DNA from: the human T2T-CHM13v2.0 reference genome, Homo sapiens | Direction: 5' to 3' (one strand) | Assembly: GCF_009914755.1 (NCBI RefSeq) | Contig: NC_060933.1 | DNA length: 64,000 bases | Shown here: positions 11,003-26,300 of the stretch, in pieces | Numbering within the stretch: position 1 is the stretch's first letter | Layout of the letters: each line of letters opens with the position of its first letter | Notes under the pieces: generated by a model | What the model saw: only the letters and a program-made list of their open reading frames with translations | Database searches by the model: none | Told to the model about the DNA's origin: nothing | Made by a program: the position numbers and the translations under genes

Positions 11003-14000
11003 CAAACCGAGTGCAATGGAATGGAGTGAAATGGAATGGAATGGAATGGAAACAACCAGAATGGATTGGAATATAATGGAGTGTAAGGGAATTGAATAGA
11101 ATCATTATGAATGTAATGAAATGGAATGGAACGGAATGGAATGGAATGGAATCGAATCGAATGGAATGGAATGGCATGGAATCAACCCGAGTGGAATGGC
11201 ATGGAATGGAATGCAATGGAATGGAATGGAATGGAATGGAATGGTTCGGAATAGAATGGATTGGAACAAAATGGAATGGAATGGAATGGAATGGAATGGA
11301 ATGGAATGGAATGGAATAGAATGGAATGGAATGGAATCAAGTCGATTGCAGTGGAATAGAATGGAATGGAATGGAGCGGATTGGAATGGAATGGAATGGA
11401 ATGGAATGGAATTAAATGGAATGGAAAGGAATGCAATCAACCCGAGTGCAGGGGAAAGGAATGGAATGGAATGCAATGGAATGGAATGGAATGGAATGGA
11501 ATGGAATGGAATGGAATGGAATCAACCCGAGTGGAATGGCATGGAATGGAATGCAATGGAATGGAATGGAATGGAATCAACTCGAGTGGAAAGGAATGGA
11601 ATGGAATGGAAAGGAATGGAATGAAATCAACTCGAGTGGAATGGAATATAATGGAATGGATTGGAATGGATTGCAATGGAATGAAATGGAATGGAATGGA
11701 ATGGAATCAATCATTCCGAGTGGAATGGAAGGGAATGTAATGGAGTGGAAAGAAGGGAATGGAATCAAACCGAGTGGAATTCAAGGCAATGGAATGGAAT
11801 GGAAAGGAATGGAATGGAATCAACTCGATTGCAATGGAATGGAATAGAATGGAATGGAATGGAAAGGAATGGATTGGAATGAAATGGGATGGAATGGAAT
11901 GCAATGGAATGGAATCAACCCGAGTGGAATGGCATGGAATGGAATGCAATGGATTGGAATGGAATGGAATCAACTAGAGTGGAAAGGAATGGAATGGAAT
12001 GGAAAAGAATGGAATGAAGTCAACTCGAGTGGAATGGAATGGAATGGAATGGATTGGAATGGATTGCAATGGAATGCAATGGAATGGAATGGAATGGAAT
12101 CAATCATGGAAGGGAATGTAATGGAGTGGAAAGAAGGGAATGGAATCAACCCGAGTGGAATGCAAGGCAATGGAATGGAATGGAAAGGAATGGAATGGAA
12201 TCAACTCGATTGCAATGGAATGGAATGGAATGGAATGGAATGGAATGGAATTAACCGGAATAGAATGGAATGGAATGGAATGGAACGGAATGGAATTGAA
12301 TGGAAGGGAATGGAATCAACACGAGTGCAGGGGAATGGAATGGAATGGAATGCAATGGAATGGAATCATCCGGAATGGAATGGAATGGAATGGAATCAAC
12401 TCCATTGCAATGGAATGGAATGGAATGGAATGGAATAGAATAGAATGGAATTAACCCGAATAGAATGGAATACAATAGAAAGGAATGCAACGGAACCGAA
12501 TGGAGTGGAATGGAATGGAATGGAATCTACCCGAGTACAGGGGAATGGAATGGAATGGAATGCAATGGAATGGAGTCATCCGTAATGGAATGGAAAGGAA
12601 TGGAATGGAATGGAATGGAATGGAATGGAATGGAATGGAATCAACTCGATGGCAATCGAATGGAATGGAATGGAATTAACCCGAATAGAATGGAGTGGAA
12701 TGGAATGGAACGGAATGGAATGGAATGGAATGGAATGGAATGGAATCAACGCGAGTGCAGGGGAATGGAAAGGAATGAAATGCAATGGAATGGAATCTTC
12801 CGGAATGGAATGGAATGGAATGGAATGGAATGAAAGGCAATGGATTCAACTCGATTGCAATGCAATGGAATAGAATGGAATGGAATGGAATGGAATGGAA
12901 TTGAATGGAATGCAATGCCTTCAAACCGAATGGAATGGAAAGGAATGGAATCAACACGAGTGGAAAGGAATGGAATGGAAAGGAATGGAATGGAATGGAA
13001 TGGTACGGAATAGAACGGAATGGAACGAACTGGAATGGAATGGAATGGAATGGAATGGAATGGAATGGAATTGAATGGAATGGAATGGAATCGTTCCGAG
13101 TGGAATAGGAGGGAATGTATTGGAGTGGAATGGAAAGGAATGGAATCAACCAGAGTGGAATGGAAGGGAATGGAATGGAATGGAAACTAATAGAATGGAA
13201 TCAACCCGAGTGGAATGGAATGGAAAGGACTGGAATGGAATGGAATGCAATGGAATGGAATGGAATCAACTCGATTGTAATGGAATGGAATGGAATGGAA
13301 TGGAATGGAATGGAATGGAATGGAATTAACCCGAATACAATGGAATGGAATGGAATGGAACGGAATGGAGTGGAATGGAATGGAATCAACCCGAGTGTAA
13401 TGGAATGGAAAGGACTGGAATGGAGTGGAATGGAATGGAATGCAATGGAATGGAATCAACTCGATTGTAATGGAATGGAATGGAATGGAATGCAATGGAA
13501 TGGAATCTTCCGGAATGGAATGGAATGGAATGGAATGGAATGGAATAAACCCGAGTGCAATGGAATGGAGTGGAATGGAATGGAATGGTATGGAACAACC
13601 CGAATGGAATGGAATGTAATGGAGAGTAAGGGAGTTGAATAGAATCAATCCGAATGGAATGGAATGGAATGGAACGGAATGGAATTGAATGGAATGGAAT
13701 GGAATGCAATGGAATGGAATCAACCCGAGTGCAATGGAATGGAGAGGAATGGAATGGAATGGAATGGAAACTACCCGAATGGAATGGAATATAATGGAGT
13801 GTAAGGGAATTGAATAGAATCAATCTGAATGTAATGGAATGGAATGGAACGGAATGGAATGGAATGGAATGGAATGGAATGGAATGGAATGGAATGCAAT
13901 GGAATGGAATCAACCCGAGTGCAATCGAATGGAATCGAATTGAATGGAATGCAATGGAATGGATTCAACTTGAATGGAATGGAAATAATGGAATCAACAC

Positions 14001-15146
14001 GAGTGGAAGGGCATGGATTGGAATGCAATGGAATGGAAACAACCCGAGTACAGGGGAATGGAATGGAATGGAATGCAATGGAATGGAATCATCCGTAATG
14101 GAATGGAAAGGAATGGAATGGAATGGAATGGAATGGAATGGAATGGAATCAACTCGATTGCAATCGAATGGAATGGAATGGAATTAACCCGAATAGAAAG
14201 GAATGGAATGGAATGGAACGGAACGGAACGGAATGGAATGGAATGGAATGGAATGGAACGGAAAGGAATGGAATGGAATGGAATGGAATGGAATGGAATG
14301 GAATGGAATGGAATGGAATCAACGCGAGTGCAGGGGAATGGAATGGAATGGAATGCAATGGAATGGAATCTTCCGGAATGGAATGGAATGGAATGGAATG
14401 GAATGGAATGGAATGGAATAAACCCGAATGCAATGGAATGGAGTGGAATGGAATGGAATGGAATGGAACAGCCCGAATGGAATGGAATGTAATAGAGAGT
14501 AAGGGAGTTGAATAGAAACAATCCGAATGTAATGGAATGGAATGGAACGGAATGGAATTGAATGGAATGGAATGGAATGCAATGGAATGGAATCAACCCG
14601 AGTGCAATGGAATGGAGAGGAATGGAATGGAATGGAATGGAAACTACCCGAATGGAATGCAATGTAATGGAGAGTAAGGGAATTGAATAGAATCAATCCT
14701 AATGTAATGGAATGGAATGGAACGGAATGGAATGGAATGGAATGGAATGCAATGGAATGGAATCAACCCGAGTGCAATCGAATGCAATCGAATGGAATGG
14801 AATGCAATGGAATGGATTCAACTTGAATGGAATGGAAAGAATGGAATCAACACGAGTGGAAGGGCATGGATTGGAATGCAATGAAATAGAATCAACCCGA
14901 GTACAGGGAATGGAATGGAATGGAATGCAATGGAATGGAATGGAATGCAATGGAATGGAATCAACCCGAGTGCAATCGAATGGAATGGAATGGAATGGAA
15001 TGGAATGGAACGGAACGGAACGGAATGGAATGCAATGGAACGGAATGGAACGGAACGGAACGGAATGGAATGGAATGGAATGGAATGGAATGGAATGGAA
15101 ACAACGCGAGTGCAGGGGAATGGAATGGAATGGAATGCAATGGAAT

Positions 15147-15536
15147 GGAATCTTCCGGAATGCAATGGAATGGAATGGAATGGAATGGAATGGAATGGAA
15201 TCAACTCGATTGCAATCGAATGGAATGGAATGGAATTAACCCGAATAGAATGGAATGGAATGGAATGGAACGGAACGGAACGGAACGAAACGGAATGGAA
15301 TGGAATGGAATGGAATGGAATGGAATGGAACGGAAAGGAATGGAATGGAACGGAATGGAATGGAATGGAATGGAATGGAATCAACGCGAGTGCAGGGGAA
15401 TGGAATGTAATGGAATGCAATGGAATGGAATCTTCCGGAATGGAATGGAATGGAATGGAATGGAATGGAATGGAATCAACGCGAGTGCAGGGGAATGGAA
15501 TGGAATGGAATGCAATGGAATGGAATCTTCCGGAAT
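15147..15536. promoter_or_regulatory. Cluster of three perfect HSE sequences (15147, 15427, 15522)
   Basis: GGAATCTTCCGGAAT occurs three times within 390 bp, the densest cluster I saw. Function is untested. Confidence 0.45.
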
Positions 15537-15930
15537 GGAATGGAATGGAATGGAATGAAATGCAATGGATTCAACTCGATTGCAATGGAATGGAATAGAA
15601 TGGAATGGAATGGAATGGAATGGAATTAACCCGAATAGAATGGAACGGAATGCAATGGAACGGAATGGAATGGAATGGAATGGAATGGAATGGAATGGTA
15701 TGGAATGGAATGGAATGGTACGGAATAGAATGGAATGTAACGAATTGTAATGGAATGGAATTGAATGGAATGGAATGGAATCAACGAGAGTGCAGGGGAA
15801 TGTAATGGAACGGAATGCAATGGAATGGAATCATCCGGAATGGAATGGAATGGAATGGAATGGAATAGAATGGAATCATCCCGAGTGCAATGGAATGGAG
15901 TGGAATGGAATGGAATGGAATGGAATGGAA

Positions 15931-18900
15931 CAACCCGAATGGAATGGAATGTAATGGAGAGTAAGGGAGTTGAATAGAATCAATCCGAATGTAATGGAAT
16001 GGAATGCAACGGAATGGAATGGAATGGAATGCAATGGAATGCAATCAACCCGAGTACAATGGAATGGAATGGAATGGAATGGAATGGAATGGAATGGAAT
16101 GCCTTCAAACCGAATGGAATGGAAAGGAATGGAATCAACACGAGTGGAATGGAATGGAATGGAATGGAATGGAATGGAATGGAATGATACGGAATAGAAT
16201 GGAATGGAACGAAATGGAATGGAATGGAATGGAATGGAATGGAATGGAATGGAAAGGAATCGTTCCGAGTGGAATAGGAGGGAATGTATTCGAGTGGAAT
16301 GGAAAGGAATGGAATCAACCAGAGTGGAAAGGAAGGGAATGGAATGGAATGGAAACTAATAGAATGGAATCAACCCGAGTGGAATGGAATGGAAAGGACT
16401 GGAATGGAATGGAATGGAATGGAATGGAATGCAATCAACTCGATTGGAATGGAATGGAATGGAATGGAATGGAATGGAATGGAATGGAATGGAATTAACC
16501 CGAATACATTGGAATGGAATGGAATGGAACGGAATGGAGTGGAATGCATGGAATCAACCCGAGTGCAGGGGAATGGAATGGAATGGAATGCAATGGAATG
16601 GAATCATCCGGAATGGAATGGAATGGAATGGAATGCAAAGCAATGGAATCAACTGGATTGCAATGGAATGGAATGGAATGGAAAGGAATACATTGGAATC
16701 AACCCGAGTGGAATGCAATGGAAAGGACTGGAATGGAGTGGAATGGAATGGAATGGAATGGAATGGAATGGAATGGAATCAACTCGATTGGAATGGAATG
16801 GAATGGAATGGAATGGAATGGAATGGAATTAACCCGAATAGAATGGAATGGAATGGAATGGAATGGAACGGAACGGAATGGAATGGAATGGAATGGAATG
16901 GAATGGAATGGAATGGAATCAACCCGACTGCAGGGGAATGGTATGGAATGGAATGCAATGGAATGGATTCAACTTGAATGAAATGGAAAGAATGGAATCA
17001 ACACGAGTGGAATGGCATGGATTGGAATGGAATGGAATGGAATGAACCCGAGTACAGGGGAATGCAATGGAATGGAATGCAATGGAATGGAATCATCCGT
17101 AATGTAATGGAAAGGAATGGAATGGAATGGAATGGAATGGAATGGAATGGAACCAACTCGATTGCAATCGAATGGAATGGAATGGAATTAACCCGAATAG
17201 AAAGGAATGGAATGGAATGGAACGGAACGGAACGGAATGGAATGGAATGGAATGGAATGGAATGGAATGGAATGGAATGGAATGGAATCAACGCGAGTGC
17301 AGGGGAATGGAATGGAATGGAATGCAATGGAATGGAATCTTCCGGAATGGAATGGAATGGAATGGAATGGAACGGAATGGAATAAACCCGAATGCAATGG
17401 AATGGAGTGGAATGGAATGGAATGGAATGGAACAGCCCGAATGGAATGGAATGTAATAGAGAGTAAGGGAGTTGAATAGAATCAATCCGAATGTAATGGA
17501 ATGGAATGGAACGGAATGGAATTGAATGGAATGGAATGGAATACAATGGAATGGAATCAACCCGAGTGCAATGGAATGGAGAGGAATGGAATGGAATGGA
17601 ATGGAAACTACCAGAATGGAATGGAATGTAATGGAGAGTAAGGGAATTGAATAGAATCAATCTGAATGTAATGGAATGGAATGGAACGGAATGGAATGGA
17701 ATGGAATGGAATGCAATGGAATGGAATCAACCCGAGTGCAATTGAATGGAATCGAATGGAATGGAATGCAATGGAATGGATTCAACTTGAATGGAATGGA
17801 AAGAATGGAATCAACACGAGTGGAAGGGCATGGATTGGAATGCAATGGAATAGAATCAACCCGAGTACAGGGGAATGGAATGGAATGGAATGCAATGGAA
17901 TGGAATCATCCGTACTGGAATGAAAAGGAATGGAATGGAATGGAATGGAACGGAATGGAATCAACACGATTGCAATCGAATGGAATGGAATGGAATTAAC
18001 CCGAATAGAATGGAATGGCATGGATTGGAACGGAACGGAACGGAATGGAATGGAATGGAACGGAATGGAATGGAACGGAACGGAACGGAATGGAATGGAA
18101 TGGAATGGAATGGAAACAACGCGAGTGCAGGGGAATGGAATGGAATGGAATGCAATGGAATGGAATCTTCCGGAATGCAATGGAATGGAATGGAATGGAA
18201 TGGAATGGAATGGATGGAATCAACTCGATTGCAATCGAATGGAATGCAATGGAATTAACCCGAATAGAATGGAATGGAATGGAATGGAACGGAACGGAAC
18301 GGAACGAAACGGAATGGAATGGAATGGAATGGAATGGAATGGAATGGAACGGAAAGGAATGGAATGGAACGGAATGGAATGGAATGGAATGGAATGGAAT
18401 CAACGCGAGTGCAGGGGAATGGAATGTAATGGAATGCAATGGAATGGAATCTTCCGGAATGGAATGGAATGGAATGCAATGGAATGGAATGGAATGGAAT
18501 CAACGCTAGAGCAGGGGAATGGAATGGAATGGAATGCAATGGAATGGAATCTTTCGGAATGGAATGGAATGGAATGGAATGAAATGCAATGGATTCAACT
18601 CGATTGCAATGGAATGGAATAGAATGGAATGGAATGGAATGGAATGGAATTAACCCGAATAGAATGGAATGGAATGCAATGGAACGGAATGGAACGGAAT
18701 GGAATGGAATGGAATGGAATGGAATGGAATGGTATGGAATGGAATGGAATGGTACGGAATAGAATGGAATGTAACGAATTGTAATGGAATGGAATTGAAT
18801 GGAATGGAATGGAATCAACGCGAGTGCAGGGGAATGTAATGGAACGGAATGCAATGGAATTGAATCATCCGGAATGGAATGGAATGGAATGGAATGGAAT

Positions 18901-21900
18901 AGAATGGAATCATCCCGAGTACAATGGAATGGAGTGGAATGGCATGGAATGGAATGGAACAACCCGAATGGAATGGAATGTAATGGAGAGTAAGGGAGTT
19001 GAATAGAATCAATCCGAATGTAATGGAATGGAATGCAACGGAATGGAATGGAATGGAATGCAATGGAATGCAATCAACCCGAGTACAATGGAATGGAATG
19101 GAATGGAATGGAATGGAATGGAATGGAATGCCTTCAAACCGAATGGAATGGAAAGGAATGGAATCAACACGAGTGGAATGGAATGGAATGGAATGGAATG
19201 GAATGGAATGGAATGATACGGAATAGAATGGAATGGAACGAAATGGAATGGAATGGAATGGAATGGAATGGAATGGAATGGAAAGGAATCGTTCCGAGTG
19301 GAATAGGAGGGAATGTATTCGAGTGGAATGGAAAGGAATGGAATCAACCAGAGTGGAAAGGAAGGGAATGGAATGGAATGGAAACTAATAGAATGGAATC
19401 AACCCGAGTGGAATGGAATGGAAAGGACTGGAATGGAATGGAATGGAATGGAATGGAATGCAATCAACTCGATTGGAATGGAATGGAATGGAATGGAATG
19501 GAATGGAATGGAATGGAATGGAATTAACCCGAATACATTGGAATGGAATGGAATGGAACGGAATGGAGTGGAATGCATGGAATCAACCCGAGTGCAGGGG
19601 AATGGAATGGAATGGAATGCAATGGAATGGAATCATCCGGAATGGAATGGAATGGAATGGAATGCAAAGCAATGGAATCAACTGGATTGCAATGGAATGG
19701 AATGGAATGGAAAGGAATACATTGGAATCAACCCGAGTGGAATGCAATGGAAAGGACTGGAATGGAGTGGAATGGAATGGAATGGAATGGAATGGAATGG
19801 AATGGAATCAACTCGATTGGAATGGAATGGAATGGAATGGAATGGAATGGAATGGAATTAACCCGAATAGAATGGAATGGAATGGAATGGAATGGAACGG
19901 AACGGAATGGAATGGAATGGAATGGAATGGAATGGAATGGAATGGAATCAACCCGACTGCAGGGGAATGGTATGGAATGGAATGCAATGGAATGGATTCA
20001 ACTTGAATGAAATGGAAAGAATGGAATCAACACGAGTGGAATGGCATGGATTGGAATGGAATGGAATGGAATGAACCCGAGTACAGGGGAATGCAATGGA
20101 ATGGAATGCAATGGAATGGAATCATCCGTAATGTAATGGAAAGGAATGGAATGGAATGGAATGGAATGGAATGGAATGGAACCAACTCGATTGCAATCGA
20201 ATGGAATGGAATGGAATTAACCCGAATAGAAAGGAATGGAATGGAATGGAACGGAACGGAACGGAATGGAATGGAATGGAATGGAATGGAATGGAATGGA
20301 ATGGAATGGAATGGAATCAACGCGAGTGCAGGGGAATGGAATGGAATGGAATGCAATGGAATGGAATCTTCCGGAATGGAATGGAATGGAATGGAATGGA
20401 ACGGAATGGAATAAACCCGAATGCAATGGAATGGAGTGGAATGGAATGGAATGGAATGGAACAGCCCGAATGGAATGGAATGTAATAGAGAGTAAGGGAG
20501 TTGAATAGAATCAATCCGAATGTAATGGAATGGAATGGAACGGAATGGAATTGAATGGAATGGAATGGAATACAATGGAATGGAATCAACCCGAGTGCAA
20601 TGGAATGGAGAGGAATGGAATGGAATGGAATGGAAACTACCAGAATGGAATGGAATGTAATGGAGAGTAAGGGAATTGAATAGAATCAATCTGAATGTAA
20701 TGGAATGGAATGGAACGGAATGGAATGGAATGGAATGGAATGCAATGGAATGGAATCAACCCGAGTGCAATTGAATGGAATCGAATGGAATGGAATGCAA
20801 TGGAATGGATTCAACTTGAATGGAATGGAAAGAATGGAATCAACACGAGTGGAAGGGCATGGATTGGAATGCAATGGAATAGAATCAACCCGAGTACAGG
20901 GGAATGGAATGGAATGGAATGCAATGGAATGGAATCATCCGTAATGGAATGAAAAGGAATGGAATGGAATGGAATGGAACGGAATGGAATCAACACGATT
21001 GCAATCGAATGGAATGGAATGGAATTAACCCGAATAGAATGGAATGGCATGGATTGGAACGGAACGGAACGGAATGGAATGGAATGGAACGGAATGGAAT
21101 GGAACGGAACGGAACGGAATGGAATGGAATGGAATGGAATGGAAACAACGCGAGTGCAGGGGAATGGAATGGAATGGAATGCAATGGAATGGAATCTTCC
21201 GGAATGCAATGGAATGGAATGGAATGGAATGGAATGGAATGGATGGAATCAACTCGATTGCAATCGAATGGAATGCAATGGAATTAACCCGAATAGAATG
21301 GAATGGAATGGAATGGAACGGAACGGAACGGAACGAAACGGAATGGAATGGAATGGAATGGAATGGAATGGAATGGAACGGAAAGGAATGGAATGGAACG
21401 GAATGGAATGGAATGGAATGGAATGGAATCAACGCGAGTGCAGGGGAATGGAATGTAATGGAATGCAATGGAATGGAATCTTCCGGAATGGAATGGAATG
21501 GAATGCAATGGAATGGAATGGAATGGAATCAACGCTAGAGCAGGGGAATGGAATGGAATGGAATGCAATGGAATGGAATCTTTCGGAATGGAATGGAATG
21601 GAATGGAATGAAATGCAATGGATTCAACTCGATTGCAATGGAATGGAATAGAATGGAATGGAATGGAATGGAATGGAATTAACCCGAATAGAATGGAATG
21701 GAATGCAATGGAACGGAATGGAACGGAATGGAATGGAATGGAATGGAATGGAATGGAATGGTATGGAATGGAATGGAATGGTACGGAATAGAATGGAATG
21801 TAACGAATTGTAATGGAATGGAATTGAATGGAATGGAATGGAATCAACGCGAGTGCAGGGGAATGTAATGGAACGGAATGCAATGGAATTGAATCATCCG

Positions 21901-21988
21901 GAATGGAATGGAATGGAATGGAATGGAATAGAATGGAATCATCCCGAGTGCAATGGAATGGAGTGGAATGGAATGGAATGGAATGGAA
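15931..21988 (+). repeat. Near-exact tandem duplication B, 2 x 3029 bp (15931-18959 / 18960-21988)
   Basis: Many identical ORF pairs at offset 3029 (15970/18999, 16284/19313, 16978/20007, 17930/20959). The few differences seen include CGTACT (~17911) vs CGTAAT (~20940) and changes near the unit ends. Confidence 0.95.
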
Positions 21989-23394
21989 CAAACCGAATGG
22001 AATGCAATGGAATGGAGAGTAAGGGAGTTGAATAGAATCAATCCGAATGTAATGTAATGGAATGCAACGGAATGGAATTGAATGGAATGCAATGGAATGC
22101 AATCAACCCGAGTACAATGGAATGGAATGGAATGGAATGGAATGGAATGGAATGGAATGGAATGCCTTCAAACCGAATGGAATGGAAAGGAATGGAATCA
22201 ACACGAGTGGAATGGTATGGAATGGAATGGAATGGAATGGAATGGAATGGAATGGAATGGAATGGAATCGTTCCGAGTGGAATAGGAGGGAATGTATTCG
22301 AGTGGAATGGAAAGGAATGGAATCAACCAGAGTGGAATGGAAGGGAATGGAATGGAATGGAAACTAATAGAATGGAATCAACCCGAGTGGAATGGAATGG
22401 AAAGGACTGGAATGGAATGGAATGGAATGGAATGGAATGGAATGGAATCAACTCGATTGGAATGGAATGGAATGGAATGGAATGGAATAGAATTAACCCG
22501 AATAAAATGGAATGGAATGGAATGGAACGGAATGGAGTTGAATGGAATGGAATCAACCCGAGTGCAGGGGAATGGAATGGAATGGAATGCAATGGAATGG
22601 AATCATCCGGAATGGAATGGAATGGAATGGAATGCAAAGCAATGGAATCAACTCGATTGCAATGGAATGGAATGGAATGGAAAGGAATACATTGGAATCA
22701 ACCCGAGTGGAATGGAATGGAAAGGACTGGAATGGAGTGGAATGGAATGGAATGGAATGGAATGGAATGGAATCAACTCGATTGGAATGGAATGGAATGG
22801 AATGGAATGGAATTAACCCGAATAGAATGGAATGGAATGGAATGGAACGGAACGGAACGGAATGGAATGGAATGGAATGGAATGGAATGGAATGGAATGG
22901 AATGGAATCAACCCGACTGCAGGGGAATGGAATGGAATGGAATGCAATGGAATGGATTCAACTTGAATGGAATGGAAAGAATGGAATCAACACGAGTGGA
23001 ATGGCATGGATTGGAATGGAATGGAATGGAATGAACCCGAGTACAGGTGAATGGAATGGAATGGAATGCAATGGAATGGAATCATCCGTAATGGAATGGA
23101 AAGGAATGGAATGGAATGGAATGGAATGGAATGGAATCAACTCGATTGCAATCGAATGGAATGGAATGGAATTAACCCGAATAGAATGGAATGGAATGGA
23201 ATGGAACGGAACGGAACGGAATGGAATGGAATGGAATGGAATGGAACGGAAAGGAATGGAATGGAATGGAATGGAATGGAATCAACGCGAGTGCAGGGGA
23301 ATGGAATGGAATGGAATGCAATGGAATGGAATCTTCCGGAATGGAATGGAATGGAATGGAATGGAATGGAATGGAACGGAAAGGAATGGAATGG

Positions 23395-26300
23395 AATAGA
23401 ATGGAATGGAATTAACCCGAATAGAATGGAATGCAATAGAATGGAATGCAACGGAACCGAATGGAGTGGAATGGAATGGAATGGGATAGAATGGAATGGA
23501 ATGGAATGGAATGGAATGGAATCAACTCGATGGTAATCGAATGGAATGGAATGGAATTAACCGGAATAGAATGGAATGGAATGGAATGGAACGGAACGGA
23601 ATGGAATGGAATGGAATGGAATGGAATGGAATGGAACAGAACGGAATGGAATGGAATGGAATGGAATGGAATCAACGCGAGTGCAGGGGAATGGAATGGA
23701 ATGGAATGCAATGGAATGGAATCTTCCGGAATGGAATGGAATGGAATGGAATGGAATGAAAGGCAATGGATTCAACTCGATTGCAATGGAATGGAATAGA
23801 ATAGAATGGAATGGAATGGAATGGAATGGAATGGAAAGGAATTGAATGGAATGGAATGCCTTCAAACCGAATGGAATGGAATGGAATGGAATCAACACGA
23901 GTGGAAAGGAATGGAATGGAAAGGAATGGAATGGAATGGAATGGTATGGAATAGAATGGAATCAAACGAACTGGAATGGAATGGAATGGAATGGAATGGA
24001 ATGGAATGGAATCGTTCCGAGTGGAATAGGAGGGAATGTATTCGAGTGGAATGGAAAGGAATGGAATCAACCAGAGTGGAATGGAAGGGAATGGAATGGA
24101 ATGGAAACTAATAGAATGGAATCAACCCGAGTGGAAAGGAATGGAAAGGACTGGAATGGAATGGAATGGAATGGAATGGAATGGAATGGAATCAACTCGA
24201 TTGTAATGGAATGGAATGGAATGGAATGGAATGGAATGGAATTAACCCGAATACAATGGAATGGAATAGAATGGAACGGAATGGAGTGGAATGGAATGGA
24301 ATCAACCCGAGTGCAGGGGAATGGAATGGAATGGAATGCAATGGAATGGAATCATCCGGAATGGAATGGAATGGAATGGAATGCAAAGCAATGGAATCAA
24401 CTCGATTGCAATGGAATGGAATGGAATGGAAAGGAATAGAATTGAATCAACCCGAGTGTAATGGAATGGAAAGGACTGGAATGGAGTGGAATGGAATGGA
24501 ATGGAATGGAATGGAATCAACTCGATTGGAATGGAATCTAATGGAATGGAATGGAATGGAATGGAATCAACACGATTTAAATGGAATGGAATGGAATGGA
24601 ATTAACCCGAATAGAATGGAATGGAATGGAATGGAACGGAATGGAACGGAATGGAATGGAATGGAATGGAATGGAATGGAATGGAATGGAACGGAAAGGA
24701 ATGGAATGGAATGGAATGGAATGGAATCAACGCGAGTGCAGGGGAATGGAATGGAATGCAATGGAATGGAATCTTCCGGAATGGAATGGAATGGAATGGA
24801 ATCAACCCGAGTGCAATGGAATGGAGTGGAATGGAATGGAATGGAATGGAACAACCCGAATGGAATCGAATGTAATGGAGAGTACGGGAGTTGAATAGAA
24901 TCAATCCGAATGTAATGGAATGGAATGGAACGGAATGGAATTGAATGGAATGGAATGGAATGCAATGGAATGGAATCATTAGTAATGGAATGGAAAGGAA
25001 TGGAATGGAATGGAATGGAATGGAATCAACTCGATTGCAATCAAATGGAATGGAATGGAATTATTCCGAATAGAATGGAATTGAATGGAATGGAACGGAA
25101 CGGAATGGAATGGAATGGAATGGAATGGAACGGAACGGAACGGAACGGAATGGAATGGAATGGAATGGAATGGAATGGAATGGAATCAACGCGAGTGCAG
25201 GGGAATGGAATGGAATGGAATGCGATGGAATGGAATCTTCCGGAATGGAATGGAATGGAATGGAATGGAATGCAATGGATTCAACTCGATTGCAATGGAA
25301 TGGTATAGAATGGAATGGAATGGAATGGAATGGAATTAACCCTAATAGAATGGAATGGAATGGAATGGAACGGAATAGAACGGAATGGAATGGAATGGAA
25401 TAGAATGGAATGGAATGGAATGGAATCAATCATTCCGAGTGGAATGGAAGGGAATGTAATAGAGTGGAAAGAAGGGAATGGAATCAACCCGAGTGGAATG
25501 CAAGGCAATGGAATGGAATGGAAAGGAATGGAATGGAATCAACTCGATTGCAATGGAATGGAATGGAATGGAATGGAATTAACCGGAATAGAATGGAATG
25601 GAATGGAATGGAACGGAATGGAATGGAATGGAAGGGAATGGAATCAACAAGAGTGCAGGGGAATGGAATGGAATGGAATACAATGGAATGGAATCATCCG
25701 GAATGGAATGGAATGGAATGGAATCAACTCCATTGCAATGGAATGGAATGGAATGGAATGGAATGGAATAGAATGGAATGGAATTAACCCGAATAGAATG
25801 GAATGCAATAGAATGGAATGCAACGGAACCGAATGGAGTGGAATGGAATGGAATGGGATGGAATGGAATGGAATGGAATGGAATGGAATCAACTCGATGG
25901 TAATAGAATGGAATGGAATGGAATTAACCCGAATAGAATGGAATGGAATGGAATGGAACGGAACGGAATGGAATGGAATGGAATGGAATGGAACGGAACG
26001 GAATGGAATGGAATGGAATGGAATGGAATCAACGCGAGTGCAGGGGAATGGAATGGAATGGAATGCAATGGAATGGAATCTTCCGGAATGGAATGGAATG
26101 GAATGGAACGGAATGAAAGGCAATGGATTCAACTCGACTGCAATGGAATGGAATGGAATGGAATGGAATGGAATGGAATGGAATGGAATGGAATGGAATG
26201 GAATGGAATGGAATTGAAAGGAATGGAATGCCTTCAAACCGAATGGAATGGAATGGAATGGAATCAACACGAGTGGAAAGGAATGGAATGGAAAGGAATG

